Shown in pieces: positions 1 through 11,112 of a stretch of DNA of 64,000 nt (positions are counted from its first letter, which is position 1; the number at the start of each line of letters is the position of its first letter). The notes beneath the pieces were generated by a model. It saw only the letters and a program-made list of their open reading frames with translations. It had not been told where the DNA came from and did not search any database. The stretch covers positions 1 to 64,000 of the forward strand of contig JYFJ02001553.1 of the NCBI GenBank assembly GCA_000934665.2. The letters run 5' to 3'. This stretch comes from Catajapyx aquilonaris (taxonomy: Eukaryota). Made by a program: the position numbers and the translations under genes.

Positions 1-899
1 ATGGCTGAAGTAACCCTCCTTCAAGAGCAAGAGCAGTTATTGATCTGGACATTTCCAGTAAAGGAAGTAAGGCGGAGGCTACTGCCAGTAACAATGAGCA
101 TTTTCGCAGTGACCTCTTGTGCCTGCTCACATCTTGATATGACAATCGGTTGATTAGTTTCCAAATATTCGTGAGACTCTTTTGAACCCAGATGAAGTTC
201 AGCCACGGGGCAATACTTAGGAGGACTTGCACAATGAGACCAGTCAATGTTTTAGTCTTGCTTTGCTCTTGGTTGTCACCGATCAGGTCTTCCCACGGAT
301 AACAGCTGAATACGGCGATGTAAGTGGCGAGTAAGAGAAAATGGACCATTGTTGGCCATCGCCTGTACCACTTCCCTCTCAGATCCTCCATTTTCTTGGG
401 CCATGGACAAGGAGCGATTCCTCCGACCACCGACATGATGGCCACTGGTCTCAACCCTTCCCAAAATGCATTTTCCTTCTTTGCACTATACCGGCCCTTA
501 CTCACCTCCCACCTTCCCCCTCCTGCTAATTAGTCCCTTCCTGTCCAGTCACCCTCTCCTCTCCTCCATAGACTTATCGGGTCATGAACCCGCGTCCTTC
601 TTGCTACCCTTCGTCCAACCCTCCCTACCTTGACCCCCACAGAGAAGTACTCCATAAATAGGAGTTGGACTGGTGGGCTCGACCCTCTTTCACCCCATCC
701 TTTGCCTGATCAGGTCCTTTCTTCCTTTCTTCCATCCTATTCCTTCTCACTGTATTTATGTATCATATTGTAATATACTAGTTATTAGCCCACCCTTGTA
801 CGTTATTCTCACCTATCCCCGACGTACCGTTACAGCACTGTCTTTTGGACTGTTCATTTCCTTCATCGAAATCACCCTATTGGACGTTACCCTGAGCAT
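1..899 (-). pseudogene. Gustatory receptor copy 'GR0', 5' part (runs off the window start), exon 1 interrupted by a solo LTR
   Basis: Removing 487-838 gives one open frame from ATG 899: MLRVTSNRVISMKEMNSPKDSAKKENAFWEGLRPVAIMSVVGGIAPCPWPKK...KWYRRWPTMVHF...APWLNFI, colinear with the GRs at 1423, 4699 and 9640. With the insertion in place the frame from ATG 899 stops at 813-815. Confidence 0.85.
487..834. mobile_element. 348-bp solo-LTR-like insertion
   Basis: Flanked by 4-bp direct repeat GCAC (483-486, 835-838). Ends TATACCGG...CCGTTACA form an imperfect inverted repeat of TG..CA type. Internal TATA-like CATAAATA near 653. Precise removal restores the GR frame. Confidence 0.75.
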
Positions 900-1422
900 A
901 ATTTCTTGTCCAATCCAAGTGCCAATTGGTGAATGTCTCAGTGATTTGGCACCTTTCCTCTTAGCAGTCCGTGTCACTGCACTGCAATTGTGAAACTGCC
1001 ACGTAACACTGTTTGGGCAGAATATAAAGTTTTTATGGCCACCATTTTTTACAATTGAATAAGTTTGCATGGACTGTGCTGTAAAGGCGTATAGGAAGGT
1101 CATTAATTTATTACAGCCTGGTCATCCCTTTATAGATGGAACGGCCGCTCCCTGACCTTGACCAGACCTGTGTCCACATTAACTAAACATTCGCTTCTGG
1201 ACACAATGGCATTGATCACCGCCATCGACTATCCTTTTCAGTGTCACCCTTTGTCTTCTCGGATGTTATATTCATGGGCTCTCTAAGACAGTTTGGACAC
1301 GTTCAGACGAGTCGCCAGCACAGGACAAGACTGTTTAGGTCGTGTTCGGTGGTGATGGTACACTTGGCTGCCCTGGTGAAGGTTCAGCGTGGTTCAGAGT
1401 ATTGTCCACTTGTTGCATAAAA

Positions 1423-2828
1423 ATGAACAGATCAAATCGCGACTTCCTCATGTTACGTCAAACATCACCAGTGATTCATGTGGAAGACAAGAAGAAACCA
1501 GAAGAAAGTGAGGAGCAGAGAGACGCTTTTTGGGCTTCGTTCAGACCACTGTCCATCTTGGCCACCTTTGGAGGAATCGCTCCTTGTCCTTGGCCCAGGA
1601 AAGGGCAGAGTTGGAAGTGGTACCAACGGTGGCCCACACTGGTCCACTTCATTCTTTTGGCTGCATATGCCGCAAAGCTGACTTGGATGCCATTCCCGTT
1701 TTGGGACAGGAGCAATCACACGAGCACAACAAGTTGGGCAACATGCGTAATTCTCTATGCAGTAGCAGTGGGTGCTCCGTGGCTTCACTACATTTTCTGC
1801 CAAACCAGAGTCACTCAGATTTCGAAACTAATGCAACTTGTTTCTGCACTAAACCTGCGTCTCCACGAGAGGAAACTGCGAAAATATTCCGCACTGCTGA
1901 TGGCTGCTTGCCTCTTGCTGCCGTTAGCTGAAGTCTCACACCTGATCTACTTGTATCTTCGAAGTGGACAACTGTTTCAATCTTACAACATGCTTGACAC
2001 TATCATTGCATGGCACGCTTTCTTTCTGCTTCACTTGATCCCCATGCAAGTGACTTTTTTGGCTACAGTCATTCGATTGAAGCTAGATGATTTCAATGAG
2101 GAAGTAATCCATGTCTGCACTGCTGGGCATAGTAATGGCCCCTGTGATGACGAATTGATTAAGAAATTGAAGTCTGCCAGCGACCTGTTGTACGACCTTT
2201 GCCTGATTGTGGAAGACATGGGCAGCACTTACGGAGCATCCATCATGGCCACATATCTCATATCTGTCGTGTGGATTACCGGCGATATGTTTTACTTGGT
2301 TCCAGACAGTGATAAATACCAAAGTATAATAATTGAACCAATAATATTAATAGTGATTCTTGGGATAATCATCTCATCAGTCGTTACCTTCACCACCATC
2401 TTGGGACGTATACCTCAGCAGGTAGCATCATACATTGAGTGTCCATTTGGTGTGATAATAATAAATCTTTATACGTTTCCAGAGCACAAGGGCATTGCCT
2501 CACCTCATCCACTTCTGTCCTCTAGCCACCAATCCAAGGATCAAGGCACATATGAGTGATGCACCTACACATTTATAATCCCTCATTTCCTGAATTGTAC
2601 AACTGTATGTTTCAGATGGAAGTATTCATACAAAAGCTGACCGGTCCTCCCATCGAGATATCCGCAGCAAATTACTTTGCAGTCAACCGGGGCTTATTGA
2701 CAGCCGTAAGTCTACAGAGGACATTAAGATGGATGTGTAGCTAATCACTCTTCACGTCTCCTTCACAGTTGGCTGCAGCAGTGACCACATACGTCATAGT
2801 CCTGGCGCAGTTCAAGGGAGCAGAATGA
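1423..2828 (+). CDS. Gustatory receptor 'GR1' (7tm_7), possibly inactivated by a mutated intron-2 donor
   Basis: Exons 1423-2421, 2483-2551, 2616-2705, 2769-2828. Three phase-0 introns near the 3' end and the TM7 motif TYVIVLAQF are typical of arthropod GRs. The intron-2 donor reads ATGAGT at 2552 where the paralogue has GTGAGT. Confidence 0.9.
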
Positions 2829-4698
2829 CTGTTGCACCGCCTGATTCATATTCCACCAGCCTGGAACATAATCACCGTGAAATGGTTCACAATCATTCTT
2901 AATCATCACATTCTAATGAATTATTATAATCATCTAGTACCAAAATCAAGGTTGCTTGTACCCAATGGTAGTTTAATGACACTGCAATCAAGTCCATTAG
3001 ATTAATAACATACGGATCTGGTGTCGACGACCAAACCGATTACTGTTAAATACTATATATTGTTTATGTCGAGACCCAACATCGCTCACACGTTGCCAAG
3101 ACATTGGCACATGTTGTGCACTTTTACTCACTCTCGGGATTGTTTTGGGGAAGATGATGTAGAAGTGTAGCCATTCATGAGAACATTACCAAGAGGCAAG
3201 TCCGCCTTCATTCGGATGAATGTTGAGCTACTTCCCACCATTTGGTACAATGTACGCACCATCATTGCGGGGACAAAATATCTGCTGTGGTTCCTTCTCC
3301 CTGCGGAAGACGAATATTTTGCTTCTTTTGCTTCAATCAATGTATCAAAAATAGACCCAATAAATGATATCAAACGGGTGAGTCATACTTTTGAGGCATT
3401 TTAATACATTGGCTTCTTACAATATTCAAGGACAATGACGACATATTTGATGTGCTAGTCTTAACCAACAGTGGGCATGTACAAGATGGGTCATGGAGTC
3501 GTATTCGACCTTCTCTGCACAGAAGATATTTTTTTTAATTTAATTTAATTGTTACCCCGTGCTCGAGCCATTGCGTGGGATTTTTTCAAGGGGTCATTCG
3601 GGACTCCCATTTGTCCAGGATTCGGGCAAACTGTCACGGTTAGGACTAGTGTTGTAAAGGCCAGGGAATAACCGATTTGGGGGGGGGGGGGGGGGGGNGG
3701 GGGGGGGGGTTCCCGTTTTTTACAAAGACCCGAATTATTGTTACCATAATTATAATCAGCGTAGATGATTTCTCAAATATTTAACATATTATAAAATAAT
3801 GAGATCAAAATTCTCACAAACATAAAATATTTCATTTTTTATGTAGGCTATGCCAACTTGTACAAAAATGGAAAAACTAATCTTCAGTTCTGGACATCAG
3901 TAGGCCTATCACTAGGCCTACATTTTTCTGGTATTTATACCTTGAATATATTACGCTCTTTGTGTATATTTCAGCCAATCCCCAAAGCGTCTGTTGGGTC
4001 CTTTGCCAGTTGTAATTATTATCTTGCATTTTGCTGACCTTTTCAGCATTTTCATTTAAAGAAAATTACTGGCAGATGTCAATAAACTGGATGGATATAA
4101 TGTTTTGGGTCATTTTGGACGTCTAAATTTCGAGCATGATGTTGATGAAAGGAACCAAGCAGCATGCAAACCAGTTAAAAATAAATAACTAACTGGTCAG
4201 TTACATTCACCTAAGCTTGTGTGAGCCTGAACACTCCACTGCAATGGTGAAATTGCCACGTAACACTGTCTGTGACGAGTGTTTTTCTCCGCAGATTTAT
4301 AACCACCATTATCCACAATAATGAATTAGGTTTGGATGTACCCTAGACCGAGAGCCACAGGAAATTGACAGATTATAGCCTGGGTGTGGATTTATTGGTG
4401 GGGAGGCCGCTCCCTGACCTTGACCTGACCTGTCTCCACCTTAGCGAAACATTCCCTTCTGGACACAATGGCATTGATCACCGTCATCGACTATCCTTTT
4501 CAGTGTCACCCTTTGGCTTCTCGGATGTTATATTGATGGGCTCTCAAGGGCACAATTTCTAAGACAGTTTGGACACGTTCAGACGAGTCGCCAGCAAAGG
4601 AGAAGACTGTTTAGGTCGTGGTCGGGGGTGATGATACAATTGGCTGCCCTGGTGGAGGTTCAGCGTGGTTCAGAGTCTTTTCCACTTGTTGCATAAAA

Positions 4699-6120
4699 AT
4701 GAACAGATCAAATCGCGACTTCCTCACATTACGTCGAACATCACCAGTGATTCAAGTGAGCGTGACAATAAAGCAACCAGAAGGAAGTGATGAGCAGAGA
4801 GACGCGTTTTGGACCTCGTGCAGACCACTGTCCATCTTGGCCACCTTTGGAGGAATCGCTCCTTGTCCTTGGCCCAGGAAAGGGCAGAGTTGGAAGTGGT
4901 ACCAAAGGTGGCCTGCAATGGTGCACTTCATTCTGCTGGCTGCATATTCTGCGAAGTTGACTTGGATGCCATTCTCGTATTGGTACAGAAGCTTTCACAC
5001 GAGCACAACAGGTTGGATCACAACATTAACTCTTGATGGAGTAACACTTGGTAGTCCATGGCTTCACTTCATGTTCTGCCAAACAGGAGTCACTCAGATT
5101 TCGAAACTAATGCAACTTGTTTCTGCACTGAACATGCGTCTCCACGAGAGGAAACTGCGAAAATATTCCGCACTTCTAGTGTCTGCTTGCTTCTTGTTGC
5201 CATCAGCTGAAGTCTCATGCATGATTTTTGTCTATCTTCAAGGTGGACAACTGTTTCAGTCTTACTTCATTTTTGACATAATCATTGCGTGGCACTCTCT
5301 CTTTCTGCTTCACTTGATCCCCGTCCAAGTGACTTTTTTGGCTACAATCATCCGATTGAAGCTAGATGATTTCAATGAGGAAGTAATACATGTCTGCACT
5401 GCTGGGCATAGTAACGGCCCCTGTGATGACGAATTGATTAAGAAATTGAAGTCCGCCAGCGACCTGTTGTACGACCTTTGCCTGATTGTGGATGACATGG
5501 GTAGCACTTACGGAGCATCCATCATGGCCACCTATCTCATATCTGTCATATGGATCACAGGATATTTGTTTTACTTGTTTCTTATTAGTGTTACCTACCG
5601 AAGTATAGTTGACACAATAATATTAATAGTGATTCTTGGGATAATCGTTTCATCAGTCGTTACCTTCACCATCATCATGGGACGAATACCTCAGCAGGTA
5701 ATTAGTACCGGTACATCTTTCTTCCCTGGGGTGTCCATCGACTGCGATAATAATGAATCTTTATACGTTTCCAGAGCACAAGGGCATTGCCTCACCTCAT
5801 CCACTCTTGTCCTCTGGCCACCAATCCAAGGATCAAGGCACATGTGAGTGATGCACCTACACATTTATAATCCCTCATTTCCTGAATTGTACAACTGTAT
5901 GTTTCAGATGGAAGTATTCATACAAAAGCTGACCGGTCCTCCCATCGAGATATCCGCAGCAAATTACTTTGCAGTCAACCGGGGCTTATTGACAGCCGTA
6001 AGTCTACAGAGGACATTAAGATGGAAGTGTAGCTAATCACTCTTCACGTCTCCTTCACAGTTGGCTGCAGCAGTGACCACATACATCATAGTCCTGGCGC
6101 AGTTCATGGGAGCAGAATGA
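4699..6120 (+). CDS. Gustatory receptor 'GR2' (7tm_7), intact tandem duplicate of GR1
   Basis: Exons 4699-5697, 5775-5843, 5908-5997, 6061-6120, all GT-AG and phase 0. Ends ...ISAANYFAVNRGLLTA/LAAAVTTYIIVLAQFMGAE*. Confidence 0.93.
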
Positions 6121-6474
6121 GTGTTTCACCGCCTGCACTATCTTACATCATGTTTCAATAATTCTTCTACACTGGTCACCAGCCTGTAACATAATCACCA
6201 TCAAATGGTTCGCATAATTCTTAATCATCACATTCAAAATATTACAATCATCTACCAAAATCAAGGTTGCGTGCACCCAGTGGTAGTTTAATGACATCAC
6301 TCACAAGCTTCCAAGACATAGGCAGATCACTGTTTGTCTCACTTTTGGGAAATAGTTTTTTGGCCAGATCATGTAGAAACGCACCCCTTCATGAGAACAT
6401 TAACAGGTGGTGAGGAAAATGCCACCTTCATTCCGCTGAATATTGAGCTACTTCCCTTCAGTTGGTACAATGTA

Positions 6475-6838
6475 ATGATGAGTAATGAGTAGGCCCTAAT
6501 GATGATAATCCGGGGTAGTGCTTGACCTCATCATCCGAGGTATGCAGCACGGACCTTTATTTATTATATCAAGTACATTTGAGCCTTTTTACGTAGCGCC
6601 CGGGCCCACGGGCAGGATGACAAGAGGGGATGTGCAAGGTGCAGTGCAATGTCTTAAACGTGGCCATTTTTAGTGAGCTCCCCCGGGTGGTTTAGTCTGT
6701 GGAAATACCACCCGAGACGAAGCCAGAGGTGACCCTGAACTCTGCACGAGATGAAGGGGGTGTCCCCGGGCTGGGATCGAACCCGGGACCTTAGCATCCG
6801 TGGGCACATACGTTACCGCAGCACCACTCCGCCTCCCC
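6475..6838 (-). mobile_element. tRNA-derived SINE
   Basis: 16-bp target site duplication CAGTTGGTACAATGTA (6459-6474, 6839-6854). Pol III B box GGTTCGATCCC on the minus strand. The paralogous site near 3240 is empty. A second family member lies at 37901. Confidence 0.9.
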
Positions 6839-7347
6839 CAGTTGGTACAATGTACGCACCATCATTGCGGGGACAAGATATCTGCTGTGGTTCCTTCTCC
6901 CTGTATGTGGAAGACGAATATTTTGCTTGTTTTGCTTCAATCAATGTATCAAAAATATACCCAATAAATGATATGAAACGGGTGAGTCATGCTTTTGAGG
7001 CATTTTAATACATTGGCTTCTTACAATATTCAAGGGCAATGACGACATATTTGATGTGCTAGTCTTAACCACAACAGTGGGCATGTGCAAAATGATTCAG
7101 CAAGCCGTCTTCAACCTTCTCTGCTCAGAAGATAAAATTATGGCCGACATTTTTCACCATTGAATCTGTTTGGATGTACTATACCGCGTAAAGGCGTAGG
7201 AAGGTCATAAAATATATCCTGGTTGTGGATTTATTGGCGGAGAGGCCGCTCCCTGAATATGTCCTGAATAGTCTCCACCCTGACCAAACACTCTCTTCAC
7301 AATGGCATTGATCACCACCATAGACGCCTCTTATATTGTGACTGTCA

Positions 7348-7510
7348 AGTTGCCGTTACATGTGAGCGATATCATCGCCGAGCGATGAATCCAATTGTTT
7401 GGGGCAAAAGTAACAATCACGGTAATAATCGATTTTCGCCCCAAACAATCTGATTCATCGCTCGGCCATGACATCACGCGATCAAATCGCTCAGATGTAA
7501 ACGCACCTTA
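7348..7510. mobile_element. Small palindromic MITE-like element
   Basis: Inverted arms TTACATGTGAGCGAT..GCCGAGCGATGAATC..TTGTTTGGGGC / GCCCCAAACAA..GATTCATCGCTCGGC..ATCGCTCAGATGTAA. A shorter relative lies at ~22950-23028. Confidence 0.65.
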
Positions 7511-7570
7511 ACTCTTTTGGGCTTTTCAGATGTTATTTAAACACAATATGCTGTCCAGGCAGGGAGCATA

Positions 7571-7910
7571 TACTACATAAGAGGCGCAAACATTCTATTT
7601 CCGCGTCTCTCTGTTTGGAGCGTTGCTAAGGCTGGCGGCCATTTTGAAGTGTGGGCAACGCCAACGAGGTATAAATAGGGTACAGGCAAAAATAGGGTCA
7701 GCCATCTTTGATTCGCGCGTGTTCTTGCCGTGTAGTTGCCGTGGCCGCCAAAACCATCAAAGATGGCGGACCCTATTTTTGCCTGTACCCTATTTATACC
7801 TCGTTGCCGTACCACACACTTCAAAATGGCTGCCAGCCTTGGCAACGGCCGCAAACAGAGAGACACAGAAATCAATGGCGCTGACCAAAGTTTGCGCCTC
7901 TTATGTAGTG
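7571..7910. mobile_element. 340-bp foldback MITE, TA-flanked (Tc1/mariner-type target)
   Basis: Near-perfect inverted repeat over its whole length: ACTACATAAGAGGCGCAAAC...GTTTGCGCCTCTTATGTAGT, with TA on both sides. Confidence 0.8.
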
Positions 7911-8326
7911 TAGTGTTAACTTGTTGTGTGTTTCTTTGCCTCGTTCATATAGCCACTATACTATAGCATCGTGTCACTATCATTTTATTAATATGAATGC
8001 CTGTTACAATAGTAAAGACATTGATTCTTGTGCATAATAAATCAATATCTTCTTGTGAGAGATCCACAGTTCACTAATAATGCACTTACTGATTTTAAGG
8101 CAATAATTTGGATGCAATTTTAAATACCAGCAAGTGTATTTTAATACAGTAATTGTGCTTCATATCATTTTCTCTTCCTACTGACGTGCACCTTAGGCTC
8201 GGAGCTGAACACTTTAGTCCCAGTTGCGTGACTGAGAATAAATAAATAAATAGCTGGTTCATGATTTACGATCTGTTAGCATGCAATGGTGTTTACAAAA
8301 ACACATTGTTACCTAGTTGCTCTCTA

Positions 8327-9640
8327 CTATACGCCTTCAGCAGATTTGAACTGCGCCAGAACTATGATGTACGTAGTTATAGTTGCAGCCACCTGTTAAA
8401 CAAATTATGCAGTAATAATGGGAGGTTACAAGATTAGTAAAATGCATACCGAAATGAGCAGCCCTCGATTGATCGTGAAGTAACTGGCAGCAGTCACTTC
8501 GATCGGAGGTCCAGACATTTTCTGGATCAAAGCTTCAATCTGAAAGATAATTAGATGTTAATTAAAATATTTATTGATGGCAATGCTTACTTACATCGGC
8601 CTTAGTTCTTGGGTTGGTAACTAGACGATTCGCATAGATCAGCTGCATAAATGCTCTTGTGCTCTGAAAGTACATGGTGCATAATTTAACGCAATTTTCA
8701 AACATTTCGGTTCGCTTACATGTCGTGGGATGCATCCAACAATTGTGGTGAAAACGGCAACTGACGCAACAATAGCCAAGATAGCAAACACTACGGAAAC
8801 AATAGAAACAACTCCAGCAGGCGACGAAATGATTAGATAAAACAACCAAGATGTGATCCACAACACAAATATGAAGTATGTGCTCATTAACACTGGGCCG
8901 TAAGTGCTGTCCAATTTGTCCACCAAGAGACACAGCTCGTAGAACAGGTCAACAGATCGGGTCATGTCAACCTGTCGCTTTTCGCACAAAATGTTACAGG
9001 ATTTCAACACGTCCGAGTTAAAATCTTGCAACAAACAACGAAGCACGACGGATAAGAAAATGATCTGGACAGGTACGAGATGCAGCAGAAAAATGCACAG
9101 CCAGTCCACAAAGTTCCAGAACAAATGGTACGGCTCGAACAACTGACCACTGACCCCCTGTGTGACCATCGCCTGGGATAGTTCACACAGAGGCAGCATG
9201 AAGCAAACAACAGTCAGAAGCGCCGACCATCTCCTCAGCTCCTTCAGGTGACCTCCGACCTCCAAATGGGCAAACCGATGTATGAGCTTCCATATCTTGT
9301 GCACTCTAGTTTGGATCAGAATGTAGTTGAGCCACGGACAGCCTTCGATGACTCCTTGCCACAAGATGTAGGCCACCTTCTCCGTCGGACTCTTGATCGT
9401 GTTGTGCTTCCAGTTCGGAGGAGGGTCGACCGATGTTCTGATTACGACTGTTGCTAGGACTATAAAATGAAGCAGTGTCGGCCATCGTCTGTACAACTTC
9501 CAGTTCAAGTTCGCAGCTGTCTTGGGCCACGGAAAAGGTGCGATTCCTCCGACAGTTGCAAGGATGCCCAGTGGTCTGAACGCGGTCCAAAATGAGTCCT
9601 CTTTCGCAACATCCTCAACCTCTGTGGAAGGTAATATCAT
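8327..9640 (-). CDS. Gustatory receptor 'GR3' (7tm_7), intact
   Basis: Exons 9640-8720, 8663-8595, 8539-8450, 8392-8327. Same internal exon sizes (69 and 90 nt) as GR1/GR2. Ends VAATITTYIIVLAQFKSAEGV*. Confidence 0.93.
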
Positions 9641-9980
9641 TGTTAATATCAGCGAGGCAGTGCGTCTTACACGTTCAACTAATCAAATGAAACGGATCGT
9701 GACACCCGGCCGTGACAAATATGAACACATGTCCAATGTTATGACATGAACTGGTATGACACCTTTTATATTGATCAGGTGTCACAGAAAATATTCATGA
9801 TGGCATGACCTGTCAAGATTGAGTTCAAGGCAACTACGCAGCAAGGTGTTACGTACAAGGTGATTAATAGGGTCCTTCTCTGGAATTTGAAACCATGGCT
9901 AATTTGTAAAAGGTTGTTATTTTTAAATGGGTAACCATCGTTAATTAATGTCAAGAACAGCAACAATGAATACGTTGCAT

Positions 9981-10115
9981 TAAGGCCCCTAGTCTGATGA
10001 CCCGGGGTAAGCTATCCCGGGGGTAATCACCATGGCAGCATATGTAAAAGGATAGCAGTAAACAACCAGTTACCCCAGGGGGCAAGCTACCCCGGGTCAC
10101 CAGACTATATACCTA
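9981..10115. mobile_element. Small palindromic MITE-like element
   Basis: TAGTCTGATGACCCGGGGTAAGCT...AGCTACCCCGGGTCACCAGACTA inverted arms, flanked by TAA-like trinucleotides. Confidence 0.6.
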
Positions 10116-10202
10116 AATATGGTGGTCAGGGCCTTCGTTTCTGAGCAACGGAACAATCACGATGTAAACAGATGTAAAACCGAAGAGAAGACGAACAAAC
10201 GC

Positions 10203-10330
10203 ACATATTGTGCATAATTTAATGCAATTTTCAAACAATTAGGTTCGCTTACGTGTCGTGGGATGCATCCAACAATTGCGGTGACTGACGCAACACGGCA
10301 TAACATATCCTAGCAACGACAATAGTACAA
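10203..10330 (-). pseudogene. GR relic: partial copy of the GR3 exon 1/intron 1 junction
   Basis: TGCATAATTTAA..GCAATTTTCAAACA..GGTTCGCTTAC.TGTCGTGGGATGCATCCAACAATTG matches 8677-8745, with an internal deletion. Confidence 0.75.
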
Positions 10331-10480
10331 CAATCTCTGAAACGCTTGAGAACAGGGGGATCCAGACACTGCAAAATATTCCAGTAGTAAGTTGCAATAA
10401 TGAAAGTCCGATACATTTCCGCATCAAAATATTTGCACAGATATTTCAGATGCCCCTGTTACAAAATCAACTAGTGATCG

Positions 10481-10942
10481 ATGGCCATCCTGTCCAGGCT
10501 GCTCGGATTAGAGAACGAGCCATTCAGAAAAGGACTGAACTACATGATCAAACTAGCCTGGGAGAATCGTTACCGCCTTCCCATGCTGATCATGGTCGGA
10601 TTCATGGTCTTCGACATCCACATGCAGATGGAGATACACGTGGACGTGGAGATGGTCGAATTTGAAGGAGGCAGCGGCAACTCCAACGAAGCTTCAGACG
10701 ACTACGACACGGACAGCAGCGCGTTTGATATGGAAGGAGAAGAAAGCGATTTAGAGGAGAACGCAAGCCTGCAGTACTCTCTGGAATCGGACGACGAACT
10801 CCTCACCATGCCAGCGCTCAGGGAATACCTGGGGTTGGATCCAATGGTAGAGGATTCATCGGACGCTGCACCGGACCAGAATCGAAGGCCATCGGGAGAG
10901 GAAGAGGACGACAGATTCATCGACGTTTTACATGAGGACTAA
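10481..10942 (+). CDS. Uncharacterised 153-aa protein: hydrophobic segment followed by a long acidic region
   Basis: Uninterrupted ORF with coding-like composition; segment LPMLIMVGFMVF; D/E-rich C-terminal half; AATAAA at 11001; convergent with the GTF3C1 3' end. Confidence 0.6.
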   Translation: MAILSRLLGLENEPFRKGLNYMIKLAWENRYRLPMLIMVGFMVFDIHMQMEIHVDVEMVEFEGGSGNSNEASDDYDTDSSAFDMEGEESDLEENASLQYSLESDDELLTMPALREYLGLDPMVEDSSDAAPDQNRRPSGEEEDDRFIDVLHED

Positions 10943-11112
10943 ATATGACTTGTAGGTGTGTTATTTAAAAATTATGCGATTCTAAACGTAAATTTTTTGC
11001 AATAAATGCGATCCTGCGTACAACTAGATTTCAATGCAAAACATGTTCAATCAGCTTACAATGTACTCATCGGGACACGCAATTTTAAGCACCAACACTC
11101 TCGCACTTCACA

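Larger units (their letters stand above)
1040..7330 (+). repeat. Tandem segmental duplication of ~3.3 kb (GR1 unit and GR2 unit) plus a third, gene-less copy of the upstream segment at ~7140-7330
   Basis: Upstream, coding, intron and 3' flank sequences align between ~1040-3530 and ~4250-7130. GGCCGCTCCCTGA...CAATGGCATTGATCACC occurs at ~1143, ~4405 and ~7243. Confidence 0.85.

Noticed and set aside
1342..1422. GTG-initiated N-terminal extensions of GR1 and GR2 in the ORF track
   Set aside because: Artefact of allowing alternative start codons; the first in-frame ATGs are at 1423 and 4699.
3128..3404. Short ORFs downstream of GR1, duplicated downstream of GR2
   Set aside because: No recognisable domain; the second copy has indels and a SINE insertion. 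Could be an old gene relic but I cannot support that.
3678..3708. Long poly-G/C runs containing N (also ~29985, 34315, 43037) as G-quadruplex elements
   Set aside because: Ambiguous bases show the homopolymer lengths are unreliable in this assembly.
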